Shown piece by piece: positions 10,322 through 20,625 of a stretch of 64,000 nt of DNA; within the stretch, counting starts at the first letter, position 1; each line of letters starts with the position of its first letter. Under the pieces are notes generated by a model. It was given only the letters and a program-made list of their open reading frames with translations, was not told the DNA's origin and did not search any database. The position numbers and the translations under genes were made by a program. The DNA lies in assembly GCA_036340075.1 (NCBI GenBank), contig JAYYZJ010000012.1:64001-128000 (forward strand), in the 5' to 3' direction. Source of the stretch: Thermodesulfobacteriota bacterium (GTDB taxonomy: Bacteria; Desulfobacterota_D; UBA1144).

Positions 10322-11080
10322 ATGAAAGAAAAATTTAATGATTTAGTAAAGATAACAAAAAGATTACGAAGTAAAGATGGATGCCCATGGGACAAAGAGC
10401 AGACTTTTGAGTCACTACGTTCTCACCTTATAGAAGAATCGTATGAAGTGATATCAGCAATTAACGAAAAAGATTATATTAATTTAAATGAGGAACTAGG
10501 GGATATTCTGTTGCAAATATTGTTAATTTCAAATATAGCTGAAGAAGAAAATATCTTTACAATTGAACAAGTAATTGAGAAACTCTCAGAAAAACTAATC
10601 AGAAGACATCCACATGTGTTTGGAGATAGGACTGCAAAAAATTCAGATGATGCAAAAAAAATATGGGAAGAACAAAAGAATAGAGAATCAAACCAAACAA
10701 AATCTCCTAGATCGAAATCTTTTCCATCTTTGATACGAGCTGTAGAGATATCAAAGTATTATTCTAAAGCAAGCAATCTAGACTGGGAATCTTCTTCTGA
10801 TTTACTTCAAGTTTTAGATGATGAAAAAAATGAATTACAGGCTGTACTCAAAAAAGGGAATGAAAAAGAAATTGAGGAAGAATTAGGAGACGTGCTTTTT
10901 ACAATCGCAAATCTTTGCAGAAAGGAAAACATAAATCCTGAGATAGCGCTTAACGAAAGTTCAGATAAATTTGTAAAAAGGGCTGATGTTTTTTTGAAGC
11001 TTCGTAGTGAACTGCCAGATCTATCCGAGGATGAATTATGGGACAAAGCTAAATCAATCACTAAGAAAAGTAGTAAGTAA
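10322..11080 (+). CDS. mazG: Nucleoside triphosphate pyrophosphohydrolase MazG
   Basis: GCPWDKEQT, EESYEV, EELGD (twice) and RRHPHVFG motifs. Confidence 0.96.
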   Translation: MKEKFNDLVKITKRLRSKDGCPWDKEQTFESLRSHLIEESYEVISAINEKDYINLNEELGDILLQILLISNIAEEENIFTIEQVIEKLSEKLIRRHPHVFGDRTAKNSDDAKKIWEEQKNRESNQTKSPRSKSFPSLIRAVEISKYYSKASNLDWESSSDLLQVLDDEKNELQAVLKKGNEKEIEEELGDVLFTIANLCRKENINPEIALNESSDKFVKRADVFLKLRSELPDLSEDELWDKAKSITKKSSK

Positions 11081-12253
11081 AGTATGACCTTCATCTATTT
11101 TTAAATTTGCTTGATTGGCATTTTTTTCATTAAATTTTGTTTCCTTATGATTGTTAATTGATTTCCTTGAATCATATATCATGAAAGGAACGTATTCGTA
11201 GCTATGTGTTCTTAATTCTATAGGTGTTGGATGATCTGAAACAATACAGATTTTAAATTCTTTAAATTTTTCTTTTAAACCTTTAATTAGTGGGGAAATG
11301 ACTTTTTCATCCAAATCTTCGACAGCTTTGATTTTCTTTCTAACATCACCTTCGTGTCCTGTTTCATCTGGGGCTTCTATATGAATCATACTAAAGTCAT
11401 GCTTAGTCAAGCTACTTAATACTGCTTCGACCTTACCCTTGTAGTTTGTATCTAAATATCCTGTTGCCCCATCAACATTTATTACATCAAGACCAGCACA
11501 TTTACCAATTCCTTTTACTAAATCAACAGCAGAAATAATTGATCCGGTAATTTTATTAATTGATTCAAAGCTTGGCAAAATAGTTTTCTTACCTTGACCC
11601 CATAGCCATATATTGTTGCAAGGAAGATCCTTATACTCTATATTGGATTTTTTAAATTCTTGTATCTTAATTTTTGCTTTTTGCATTATCTTAATCAATT
11701 TTTCTGATTCAGGACCCTTCGGTTTAAAATTTTTAATATTTTTTCCTGTTATATCATGAGGTGGAACTGTTATTGGCGAAAGGCTCCCACCTTTCCACAC
11801 AAGGATATGACGATAGCTAACACCAGAAAAAAGTTCAAAAATTTCATCATTTATTGATTCTTTAAGGAAATCAATAAGTTTTTTTGCCACTGAGTCTTTA
11901 ATATGACCAGCTGAATAATCTTCCATTATTTCATTTTCTTTATTTTTTGATATTAATACCAAGTTGCATCTATAAGTAATGTCCGTGCTTCCTAATTCAA
12001 GACCTAAGCTAGAAGCCTCTAGAGGCGATCTTCCAGTAAAGAAATCTTTTGGGTTATACCCAAGAACACTTAAATTACCTACGTCACTTCCAGAATCGAA
12101 ACCTTTTGGTATATGATTGACTGTGCCAATAATAGCATCCTTTGCTAACTCATCTATAAATGGTGTGTTAGCAAATTCCAGAGGAGTTTGATTGTCAATC
12201 TCAGCTATTGGCCTATCAGGCATTCCATCTGCTTGTACTAATACATATTTCAA
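11054..12253 (-). CDS. apgM: Cofactor-independent phosphoglycerate mutase, archaeal ApgM type
   Basis: ADGMPD, TPLEFANTP, GSDVGNL, GRSPLEA, PPHDI, EAPDETGH and SDHPTP motifs. The likely start is TTG at 12253 after a GGAG SD; the ORF track starts at 12274. Confidence 0.92.
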   Translation of the reverse strand: MKYVLVQADGMPDRPIAEIDNQTPLEFANTPFIDELAKDAIIGTVNHIPKGFDSGSDVGNLSVLGYNPKDFFTGRSPLEASSLGLELGSTDITYRCNLVLISKNKENEIMEDYSAGHIKDSVAKKLIDFLKESINDEIFELFSGVSYRHILVWKGGSLSPITVPPHDITGKNIKNFKPKGPESEKLIKIMQKAKIKIQEFKKSNIEYKDLPCNNIWLWGQGKKTILPSFESINKITGSIISAVDLVKGIGKCAGLDVINVDGATGYLDTNYKGKVEAVLSSLTKHDFSMIHIEAPDETGHEGDVRKKIKAVEDLDEKVISPLIKGLKEKFKEFKICIVSDHPTPIELRTHSYEYVPFMIYDSRKSINNHKETKFNEKNANQANLKIDEGHTLLTTFLSD

Positions 12254-12254
12254 T

Positions 12255-13181
12255 TTACTTTTCTCCACACTCAATATTGTTCTCTATATTCATCAATTGG
12301 CTTTCAGCATGATATGAGCTTCTTACCATTGGTCCGCATTCCACAGATTTAATATGAGGCTTTTTGCTTGCATAATTCTTAATATTTTTAAACTCAGCTA
12401 GGGTGTAAAATTTTTTTACTTTTATATGTTCTTTAGTAGGCTGTAGGTATTGACCAACTGTAACCAAATCGCAACCAGCTTGATTAAGGTCATCTATTAA
12501 TGTTTGTATTTCTTTTTTTGTTTCCCCAACACCAACCATGAATCCAGATTTGACCACAATTTTAGAATTCTTTTTAAAATATTTTAATAAGTTTATCGAT
12601 CTATTGTAATCAGCCTGAGGTCGCATTGCTCTCATTCGCGAACTACCAGTTTCTTGTTTTAAACTATACAATCTTTGAATTGTTTCAATATTGTGATTTA
12701 AAACATCAGGATTTGCTGCGATGATAATATCAAATGCTTTCTTGTCCCCAAGAAAATCAGGTATTAACACCTCAACTTTAATACCCAATTTTAATTTTCT
12801 TATCTCATTAATGCAGTTTGCAAAGATATTTGCACTTTCTAAATTTTTATTATCCCTATTAACAGAAGTTAAAACTATATGATTTATTAATGCATTATTT
12901 TTTTTTAAATCTAATATTCCTCTAGCCAACCGTTTTGGCTCAAGATAATCTATTAATCCTCCATTACCAGTTTTAACAGCACAGAAACCACAACTTCTTG
13001 TACATGTGTCACCTAGTATCATGAAGGTAAGTGTCCCTAAAGACCAACACTCTCCTAAGTTTGGACAATTTGCTTCTTCACATACCGTATGAAGTCTATT
13101 TCTTGCGACAATTCCTTTTAAAGTTTTAAAATTATTTCCAAAAGGAATCTTTGATCTTATCCATCTCGGTTTTCTAATCAA
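12255..13181 (-). CDS. lipA: Lipoyl synthase
   Basis: TVCEEANCPNLGEC, CTRSCGFC, HNIET, GQYLQP and RSSYHA motifs. Confidence 0.97.
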   Translation of the reverse strand: MIRKPRWIRSKIPFGNNFKTLKGIVARNRLHTVCEEANCPNLGECWSLGTLTFMILGDTCTRSCGFCAVKTGNGGLIDYLEPKRLARGILDLKKNNALINHIVLTSVNRDNKNLESANIFANCINEIRKLKLGIKVEVLIPDFLGDKKAFDIIIAANPDVLNHNIETIQRLYSLKQETGSSRMRAMRPQADYNRSINLLKYFKKNSKIVVKSGFMVGVGETKKEIQTLIDDLNQAGCDLVTVGQYLQPTKEHIKVKKFYTLAEFKNIKNYASKKPHIKSVECGPMVRSSYHAESQLMNIENNIECGEK

Positions 13182-13185
13182 ATTT

Positions 13186-13479
13186 CTATTTAACCTCTTT
13201 AGTTTTTTCAGCTTTCTCTAAATAATTAATCTTTTTTTGCAATTGGTTAATTTTAAAGCTCTTTGATATTGAACTAAAACCCATAGTTATTATGCAAATG
13301 AATACTCCGAGCAAGAAAGCTACAGCTAGCAGCAAAGAATTTGTAATAGTCTTGTTTTCAAAAGAAACAACTTTAATATTTAAATTGACAATGTATTCAC
13401 TTAAAAAAATCTGTTGATTTTGAAAAATAAAAATGATTGTCATTAAAAATAACAAAGATACTAAAATTGCTTTAAGCAT
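13186..13479 (-). CDS. LapA-like (DUF1049) small two-helix membrane protein
   Basis: TM helix, 'FIFQN', second TM helix and a basic coiled tail. Its position downstream of sppA matches lapA. Confidence 0.7.
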   Translation of the reverse strand: MLKAILVSLLFLMTIIFIFQNQQIFLSEYIVNLNIKVVSFENKTITNSLLLAVAFLLGVFICIITMGFSSISKSFKINQLQKKINYLEKAEKTKEVK

Positions 13480-13503
13480 GATATTTAGATGATTTTAACA
13501 TAT

Positions 13504-14346
13504 TTACAAACTTGAGTTATAAAGATAATAAAGTTTTTCAAAATATTCGCTTTTTATTTCAGGAATAATTTTGTCTAATAGCTTCTCTTTCTTTTTTGGA
13601 AAATATTCTATATCTAAATCTTCTAATTCTAGGATGTCTTCAATGTATTTAATTGCAGATTCAAGTCCACCAGTAGCATCAACTAGCTTTAATTTCTTAG
13701 CTTGGTTACCAGAGAAAATTCTTCCATCTGCCACCAATTCTATTTCTTTTTCAGATAATTTTCTTCTATCTTTCACTACTTGCTTGAACTGTGAATGAAC
13801 ATCTTCAATAATCAGACTAAGTATTTTCTTTTCATCTTCAGTGAGTTCTCTCCTAGGTGTTCCAATATCTTTTAATTCCCCGGATTTAACAACCTCTATA
13901 TTAACCTTAAGATACTTAATTAATTTTGATAAATCATAATATTGAGTGATTACACCAATGCTTCCTGTTATAGATCCAGGATTAGCAAAAATATAAGAAC
14001 TTCCACATGCAATCATGTATCCTCCAGAAGCTCCGATATCAACTATACTTGATACTACAAGTTTGGATTCGTTAAGATTGATTAAAGAATTATAAATTTC
14101 TTGAGATGAGCCAACTGTGCCACCAGGAGAATCGATTCTAATTATTACAGCCTTTATAGATTCATCATCCAAAAATTCCTCGATACTTTTTAAATATGCC
14201 TTAGGACTCCTAATCACCCCGGTTATTTCAAGAACAGCAATTTTATTGGGAGGATTTATAGTCAGAAATGCACTATATATAAATGTACAAAGAACGATTA
14301 GGATTAGAGCATTTTTTACACTTATCTTTTTAATTATATCTTTCAT
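13504..14346 (-). CDS. sppA: Signal peptide peptidase SppA (S49)
   Basis: RIDSPGG, GASGGY, GSIGV, KSGELKD and ADGRIFSG motifs. Start 14346 follows GAGGT; the alternative is 14358. Confidence 0.95.
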   Translation of the reverse strand: MKDIIKKISVKNALILIVLCTFIYSAFLTINPPNKIAVLEITGVIRSPKAYLKSIEEFLDDESIKAVIIRIDSPGGTVGSSQEIYNSLINLNESKLVVSSIVDIGASGGYMIACGSSYIFANPGSITGSIGVITQYYDLSKLIKYLKVNIEVVKSGELKDIGTPRRELTEDEKKILSLIIEDVHSQFKQVVKDRRKLSEKEIELVADGRIFSGNQAKKLKLVDATGGLESAIKYIEDILELEDLDIEYFPKKKEKLLDKIIPEIKSEYFEKLYYLYNSSL

Positions 14347-15190
14347 GTAGAACCTCATCGATTGTCTGTTTTATCAGCCAAGGAGGTGTTGATGCACCAG
14401 CACTAATTCCAATAATTTTATCTCTAAGATTTAGATTTAAACCCTTAATTTCTTTAAAAGTTTCTATTTGATATGTGAGAGAATTTACTTGTTTGCATAA
14501 TTCGGCAATCTCTCTAGTATTAGAACTATTTTTTCCACCAATTACCAACATAATATCAACATCTTTTGCAATTTCTTTAGATTCCATCTGTTTATTGTGT
14601 ATGTCATCACACAATGTATCTATTACTTTAACTTCAAATTCTTTCAATGGTTTTAAAAGACTAACAACATCCCAAAAAGTTTCCATTGGAATCGTGGTTT
14701 GTGCAACAAGACCAATTTTCTTACAATTTAATTGATTAATAATTAATTCGTCTTTATTTTTAATAACTAAGCAATTGTCTTTAGCGTAACTTTTTGCACC
14801 TATTATCTCAGGATGATTTTCATTGCCTACTATAAGGACAAAATAATCATCTTCAGATAATGATTTAACAGCGAATTGGAGCCTTTTGACTATAGGACAA
14901 GTCATATCAACAACATTCAAAGAAGAATTATTTAGATTCTCTTCTTCATAATTAGGTATTCCGTGAGCTCTAATAATTACTGTTCCCTTTTCATTTTTTT
15001 CAATTTTGTTAATTACAGACAAGCCTTTGTTATTAAGAATCTCTACCATTTGGGGATTATGAATTAGTGGGCCAAAGGATTTTACTTCTTCGTTCTTATT
15101 TTTATCAAGTATATTCTCAGCTTCGGATACAGCATCTTCTACTCCAAAGCATACACCAGCACTATCAGCAATAATTAGTTTTTTAGGCAT
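14330..15190 (-). CDS. ispH: 4-hydroxy-3-methylbut-2-enyl diphosphate reductase
   Basis: GVCFGV, LIHN, IRAHG, DMTCP, HPE, QTT, SSNT and AGASTP motifs. Confidence 0.96.
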   Translation of the reverse strand: MPKKLIIADSAGVCFGVEDAVSEAENILDKNKNEEVKSFGPLIHNPQMVEILNNKGLSVINKIEKNEKGTVIIRAHGIPNYEEENLNNSSLNVVDMTCPIVKRLQFAVKSLSEDDYFVLIVGNENHPEIIGAKSYAKDNCLVIKNKDELIINQLNCKKIGLVAQTTIPMETFWDVVSLLKPLKEFEVKVIDTLCDDIHNKQMESKEIAKDVDIMLVIGGKNSSNTREIAELCKQVNSLTYQIETFKEIKGLNLNLRDKIIGISAGASTPPWLIKQTIDEVLHERYN

Positions 15191-15848
15191 TTTGTTCCAC
15201 TATAGTTTTAATCTTTTTCATTACCTCATTAATACTCAAATCTGATGTATTAATTATCACAGCATCATCAGCTGGATGCAAGGGGCATATATCCCTTGTC
15301 ATATCGAGATTATCTCTTTCGTTAATCTCCTTCAAAACTCTCTCCTCGTTAACATTGATTCCTAGTATTTCTTTTAGTTGCAAAGCCCTTCTCCTTGCTC
15401 TGATTTCTGGACTTGCATCTAGATAGAATTTGTTTTCTGCATAAGGAAATACATAGGTACCCATATCTCTACCTTCAGCAACATAATCCTTGTTTTTTAC
15501 AAGTCTTCTTTGCATTTCCTTTAAAACATTTCTAACAATTTCATTTACTGCAAATTGTGAAGCAAGTTTAGATATCTCATTAGTTCTTATATCATCAGTA
15601 ACATCATCAGTATTGATAAATACCTTTTGAGCATTCTCTTCGTTAACGAATCTTATATGTAAATTGATTAGTATTTTCTTTAATTTCTTACTGTCATCTT
15701 CCGCTGTTACTCCATGTAAATCTGCAAAAAGAGCTAAAGCTCTATACATTGCACCAGAATCCAAGTAATTATAGCCAAGGGATTCTGCTAAAATTTTAGC
15801 CACTGTTCCTTTTCCAACTCCAGAGGGACCGTCAATCGTTATCAACAT
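15183..15848 (-). CDS. cmk: Cytidylate kinase
   Basis: ITIDGPSGVGKGT, LDSGAMYR and EGRDMGT motifs. The true start is probably ATG 15848. Confidence 0.97.
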   Translation of the reverse strand: MLITIDGPSGVGKGTVAKILAESLGYNYLDSGAMYRALALFADLHGVTAEDDSKKLKKILINLHIRFVNEENAQKVFINTDDVTDDIRTNEISKLASQFAVNEIVRNVLKEMQRRLVKNKDYVAEGRDMGTYVFPYAENKFYLDASPEIRARRRALQLKEILGINVNEERVLKEINERDNLDMTRDICPLHPADDAVIINTSDLSINEVMKKIKTIVEQNA

Positions 15849-15852
15849 AATT

Positions 15853-17142
15853 CTATTTTTTCTGAAAACCCCCCAAAATTTTAAAGAAATCAGGAAAAGA
15901 AATAGAAACACAATCAACATCATTTATTGTCGTGATACCTCTTGCCTTAGTTGCAGCAACAGCAGCCATCATAGCAATTCTGTGATCTTGATGACTATAG
16001 CAGCTTGCAAATTCTAAATCTTCTTTTCCAATAATTTTTAATCCATCATCAGTTTCGATAATGTCACATCCAAATTTTTTTAACTCAGAGACAATAGATT
16101 TTATTCTATCAGACTCTTTAAATCTTAGTTCAGAAGCTCCTGAAATTATAGATTCACCTTCTGCCAATGCACATGCTAATGAGAGTATTGGTATTTCGTC
16201 TATTAAAGCAGGTATAGATTCTTCAGTAATATTAACTCCTCTTAATTTACTACTTTTCACCGTAATGTCGCCAGTATTTTCTCCATCCATTAAAGTTAAA
16301 TTAGATATCTTAATATCTCCACCCATTCTTTTTAAAATATCTATGAAGTGAATCCTCATAGGGTTTAAACATAAATTTTTTATACAAAGTTCCGCATTCT
16401 TATTAATTAAAGTAGCAACAACAAAGAAAGCAGCAGAAGAAGGGTCTCCAGGTACAGATATTTCTTGTAAATTAATTTTAAGACTGGGTTTTATAATAAT
16501 TTCATCTTCTTCAAATTTTATGTTATCAGTAAAATTCATTAACATTATTTCAGTATGGTCTCTTGATTTTTTTCTATCTTTAAATTTTGTTTGATTTTCT
16601 CCATATAAACCCGCAAGGAGTATTGAAGATTTAACTTGAGCGGACCCTAGATCTAATAGGAATTCTCTACCCTTAATAGTTGATGGTTTTATTTTAATTG
16701 GAAGATAGCCATTATTTGTTGAGATATTTGCACCCATATCTCTAAGAGGCTTTTCTATCCTCTTCATTGGTCTAGTTCGTAAAGAACTATCTCCATCAAG
16801 AATTGACGAAAAAGGTTGACCTACCAGTATTCCCGACAGAAGCCTAGCAGTCGTTCCCGAATTGCCACAATTTAGAATATTCTTTGGAGGAGAAAAACCA
16901 TTGATTCCCTTACTATTAACTATTGTATTGTTGGAATTGTGACTAAATTCTACTCCTAATTGCTCAAAGCAGAACACAGTAGATTGGATATCTTCTGACA
17001 TTAAAACATTGTTAATTTTAGAAATCCCTTCATTTAATGAGCATAAAATAATTGCTCTATGAGATATAGATTTGTCAGCTGGAGGTTCAACTTCTCCACG
17101 AAACAAGTAGTCGCCTCCTTCTATTGTTATACTTTTTCCCAT
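15853..17142 (-). CDS. aroA: 3-phosphoshikimate 1-carboxyvinyltransferase
   Basis: DKSISHR, CGNSGTT, SAQVKS, RDHTE, DEIP, KESDR and DHRIAM motifs. The true start is probably ATG 17142. Confidence 0.98.
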   Translation of the reverse strand: MGKSITIEGGDYLFRGEVEPPADKSISHRAIILCSLNEGISKINNVLMSEDIQSTVFCFEQLGVEFSHNSNNTIVNSKGINGFSPPKNILNCGNSGTTARLLSGILVGQPFSSILDGDSSLRTRPMKRIEKPLRDMGANISTNNGYLPIKIKPSTIKGREFLLDLGSAQVKSSILLAGLYGENQTKFKDRKKSRDHTEIMLMNFTDNIKFEEDEIIIKPSLKINLQEISVPGDPSSAAFFVVATLINKNAELCIKNLCLNPMRIHFIDILKRMGGDIKISNLTLMDGENTGDITVKSSKLRGVNITEESIPALIDEIPILSLACALAEGESIISGASELRFKESDRIKSIVSELKKFGCDIIETDDGLKIIGKEDLEFASCYSHQDHRIAMMAAVAATKARGITTINDVDCVSISFPDFFKILGGFQKK

Positions 17143-17182
17143 TATTAATCCTTGATACGTTATAATAACCTTAATCACATAC

Positions 17183-18133
17183 ATGGAGAAATCTTTTTCT
17201 AAATTTAATAAGGCTTTGTTGATAGGTATAGGTGGGGGTGCGGACATAGTCGGCACAATCCCTACAAAAGTATTCTTAGAGTCTTATGGAATCAAAACCA
17301 TATTGGCGGGGTTGCCTTGGGAGAGGTACTCTATTGATCCTTATCCTGGACCACGGCCTTTTTCCGAAATTATTAATAAAACACAGATTAATAAAAGTTT
17401 ATGTTGGGCCACCAGAAAAACAAAAACCAAAGATGGCTTGTATTTTAGTGAATCGAAGGTTTCAAATGTATTAAATAAAAGAATCTTGCTTGTTAATATA
17501 TTTAATTCGCCTAAACAGATTTCATCAGATTTATTAGATTTTTGCGTAAAAGAAAAGATTGATTTAGTTGTTGGAATTGATGTAGGAGGAGATGTGCTAG
17601 CTATCGGTAAAGAACCCGGACTAGCAAGTCCACTAGCCGACTCTATGATGTTATCAACAATCAATTTCCTTTCTAAAGATATTCAAACATTAATAGGTGT
17701 TCTTGGATATGGAAGCGATGGTGAACTTAGCCACAAAGAAATTGATAAGTCTTTATCAATTCTGGGTAAGAATAAAGGAATAGTAGGTTCGCAAGGTATT
17801 AATCAAGAATCATATTCTATTATGAAAAAAGTTATAAAAAAAGTAGAAACTGATGCAAGCAGAATTCCAATTATTTCATTTGAAGGCATTCAGGGACAAC
17901 AAAAGATTAGGAAAGGTAGAATCAAAATAGAAGTGCACCCTTTGTGCCAAATTACTTTCTATATAGAAACAAAAAAACTTTATAAAGATATATCTATTTC
18001 CGCTAGATTGATATCTAAATCTAAAGATATTTTTGATGCAAACAATATTCTCATTGAGAATGGTTTTAGGACAGAGCTTGATTATGAAATCAAGAAACAT
18101 TCTCTCGTTATTGCATCAGATAATAAAGAATAA
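17183..18133 (+). CDS. DUF1152 family protein
   Basis: GIGGGADI, WERxxIDPYPGPR, DVGGDVLA...LASPLAD and GSDGE motifs recalled for DUF1152. Confidence 0.75.
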   Translation: MEKSFSKFNKALLIGIGGGADIVGTIPTKVFLESYGIKTILAGLPWERYSIDPYPGPRPFSEIINKTQINKSLCWATRKTKTKDGLYFSESKVSNVLNKRILLVNIFNSPKQISSDLLDFCVKEKIDLVVGIDVGGDVLAIGKEPGLASPLADSMMLSTINFLSKDIQTLIGVLGYGSDGELSHKEIDKSLSILGKNKGIVGSQGINQESYSIMKKVIKKVETDASRIPIISFEGIQGQQKIRKGRIKIEVHPLCQITFYIETKKLYKDISISARLISKSKDIFDANNILIENGFRTELDYEIKKHSLVIASDNKE

Positions 18134-18989
18134 TGGGAATAATAGGAATTGATATAATTGTTGAAACAAAAACAATCGAAGCAATTTTCTCAGGCGATCT
18201 ATTATATCGATCAGCAAGAATAAAATTAAATACTGCGGCCGGCATAGAATATTGCAATATAAGAATTTTAGAAATAAAATTGTCTACTTTTAACAAGTAA
18301 CATATTCCAACACTTAAAATAATCCCTAAGAGAATTCTTGTGGTACTTATAATACAATCTTCTCTCAGATTAACGATTTTTGTTTCTGATAATTTATGTC
18401 CCAGACTAAACATCATAAGTGGTATACATGTCGTACCTAAAAGTTTAATAGAGGTATTAATACCCGAATCTATACTTATTCCTGTCTTATTAAAGATAAT
18501 TGGTATAATTACAGCGTACACCAAGGGAGCTTTAAAAATCTCACCCATCTTTTTTGATCCATTTAAAATAAAGATTCCAAGAGAAGAATGAAGAAAAAAT
18601 ACAACAGTGGTAAAGATTATCGCATAATCAAGAGCAGTTTCGCCAAAGGCAAAGAGGACAAGAGGCAGGCCAAGATTCGCTGTGTTAGGGAAAATTATTG
18701 GATTCAGAAATATGCTCAAATCCTTTTTCGCGATTCTAAGAAAAAAGTATGAAATTAGCAGACATATTAGCACTATTGTTGTTCCGGTGATAACTATCTC
18801 TGATGCATTGTTTAGACTCACCTTGCCCTCGATTATAGAAGAAAAAATCAAACAAGGTGTTGAAACATACATTATAAATAGATTGATTGATTTCAAATCT
18901 ATCCTGGTAATTCGGCCAAATAAATATCCAGCAAATACAACAATCATTACAGGGAAAATTACTTCGAGTACTTTAATCCATAAGTCCAT
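18108..18989 (-). CDS. AEC (auxin efflux carrier) family transporter
   Basis: About 10 TM helices; PCLIF, NTANLGLP, PLMMFSLG and MPAAV motifs. Confidence 0.9.
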   Translation of the reverse strand: MDLWIKVLEVIFPVMIVVFAGYLFGRITRIDLKSINLFIMYVSTPCLIFSSIIEGKVSLNNASEIVITGTTIVLICLLISYFFLRIAKKDLSIFLNPIIFPNTANLGLPLVLFAFGETALDYAIIFTTVVFFLHSSLGIFILNGSKKMGEIFKAPLVYAVIIPIIFNKTGISIDSGINTSIKLLGTTCIPLMMFSLGHKLSETKIVNLREDCIISTTRILLGIILSVGICYLLKVDNFISKILILQYSMPAAVFNFILADRYNRSPEKIASIVFVSTIISIPIIPIILYYLMQ

Positions 18990-19048
18990 AAAAAGATTTT
19001 ACACAATCATGTTTGATAAATATGTTTTTTTTTAGTTATAATTCATCC

Positions 19049-19447
19049 ATGTGGTTCTTCAGAACATCATCAACATGGGCTTCATTGTTGCCGAGGATTA
19101 TACTTGCTATAACTTTTATTCCCGCTGGTTGGTACAAACTTAGTGATTTTCAATCTAAAGCTTTATCTTGGCAGATGAATTTTGGATTTTCCACTTGGGA
19201 AACAGCCGTAGCTGTTTTTGTGGAATTTTTTGGAGGAATTGCAATTGCACTTGGATTGCTTACCAGACTATCCGCAATTGGAATTATTATTATAATGTGC
19301 GTAGGTATTTGGGTCGCACATCTTGATGATGGATATTTCCCAACATATGACACATACGCTTATCAATTATGCCTTATAGGATTAGCTTATACTCTAGCTT
19401 TTACTGGGGGAGGCAAATATTCACTTGATGGAAAATTTTTTAGCTAA
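19049..19447 (+). CDS. DoxX family membrane protein
   Basis: RIxxxxxFxxxGxxKL, EFFGG...GLLTR and GGGKYSLD motifs. Start ATG 19049. Confidence 0.9.
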   Translation: MWFFRTSSTWASLLPRIILAITFIPAGWYKLSDFQSKALSWQMNFGFSTWETAVAVFVEFFGGIAIALGLLTRLSAIGIIIIMCVGIWVAHLDDGYFPTYDTYAYQLCLIGLAYTLAFTGGGKYSLDGKFFS

Positions 19448-20625
19448 TCTCCGATATTCTTCTTTATTAACTCTACAGAAGGTTGGTTGAATGGATTTAT
19501 ATTTAATTTCTTAGCTAATAAAATTGTTGTAATTTCTAAGATAATTATCATTGATGATATGGACTCAGGAGTTAAGTCCTTCATCTTAAAGCTTGTTACA
19601 GGTATCTTCCTTTTTCTGCAAGCACTTAGTGTTGCATTCATTTCAATTTGAGATAATGCATCTAGTCTTTTATTTCCAAAGGCCGTTTTACTTACTGAAA
19701 TAAAAGTTACTGTTTTATTCTTAGGACCATCAAGGACTAATTGTAGTTGAGAGTGTTGGTCTCGTGGCCCCAAGTAGGTGATAGGTGTTAATCCAATATT
19801 TTTTTTACCCAGACTCTCACCCCATAATTGCATAAACCATTCACCAAACGAATCCAAGAAATCTTTGTACAACATTAGTATGGTGGTATCTTTTCCTGAC
19901 AAGTAGTTCTGATAATAAAAATTTGTTAAATCGGATATTGGTTGAAACTCTAAAGCTTTTAATTCCTCATACATATTTCTTGCACCAATTAATAATTGTT
20001 TTGAACTGATGTTAGCCAATTCACAAGGAATCATAGTTGAAGGACTCAATGCAGAATATCTACCACCGATATTCTCATTAAGATAAAAAATCGGAACCTT
20101 ATTCTTTTTAGCGAAACGGTTTAAAAAAGAATCTAGTTTGTCTGTAAGAATTAGCATTCTTTTTGTAAAACTAATTCGAGATTTATCAAATTTTTTTAAT
20201 GTTTCCTTTAAAAGATTTTTTATTTCAATTGTATTTCCTGATTTGCTCACGAAAATAAAAAAAGTTGAATTTATTTTTATTTCTTTGAAGAGATCTTCAA
20301 AGGTCTCGCCATCTACATTGTTTACCACAAGCAGTTTCTTTTGTTTCCTTGCCAAAGCTTTTAATATAGATTTCGTACCTAGGCTTGAACCACCCATTCC
20401 GAAAAGAACTACTTTTGATGGTTTAGCTTTTTTTATCTTTTTTACCAATAATTCATAATCATTTGAACTTTTATAAAGTTCCTTAATGATTTCTAGCTCC
20501 TCTATTTGTTTAAGTTCTGATTTTTTAAGGGAAGTTGAGATTTTTCCTTTTAATTTTTTAGTATTTACAATGCCATCATAGGAGATTTCTATATTATTTA
20601 AATTTATTTTTTTTTGTTTTACCAT
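19444..20625 (-). CDS. pgi: Glucose-6-phosphate isomerase (compact form)
   Basis: GMGGSSLG, SKSGNT, GGRYS, QLWGESLGK, DQHSQLQL and NPFNQPSVE motifs. Confidence 0.93.
   Translation of the reverse strand: MVKQKKINLNNIEISYDGIVNTKKLKGKISTSLKKSELKQIEELEIIKELYKSSNDYELLVKKIKKAKPSKVVLFGMGGSSLGTKSILKALARKQKKLLVVNNVDGETFEDLFKEIKINSTFFIFVSKSGNTIEIKNLLKETLKKFDKSRISFTKRMLILTDKLDSFLNRFAKKNKVPIFYLNENIGGRYSALSPSTMIPCELANISSKQLLIGARNMYEELKALEFQPISDLTNFYYQNYLSGKDTTILMLYKDFLDSFGEWFMQLWGESLGKKNIGLTPITYLGPRDQHSQLQLVLDGPKNKTVTFISVSKTAFGNKRLDALSQIEMNATLSACRKRKIPVTSFKMKDLTPESISSMIIILEITTILLAKKLNINPFNQPSVELIKKNIGD

Noticed and set aside
12630..12675. About 10-aa insertion in LipA (SLKQETGSSRM)
   Set aside because: It is in-frame, far too short for an intein, and probably a surface loop; all catalytic motifs are intact.
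15849..17256. Long N-terminal extensions in the ORF track for cmk and aroA (also atpE, btuB, doxX, argC, gap)
   Set aside because: The extensions overlap neighbouring genes or promoters; downstream ATGs match family starts and/or SD sites.
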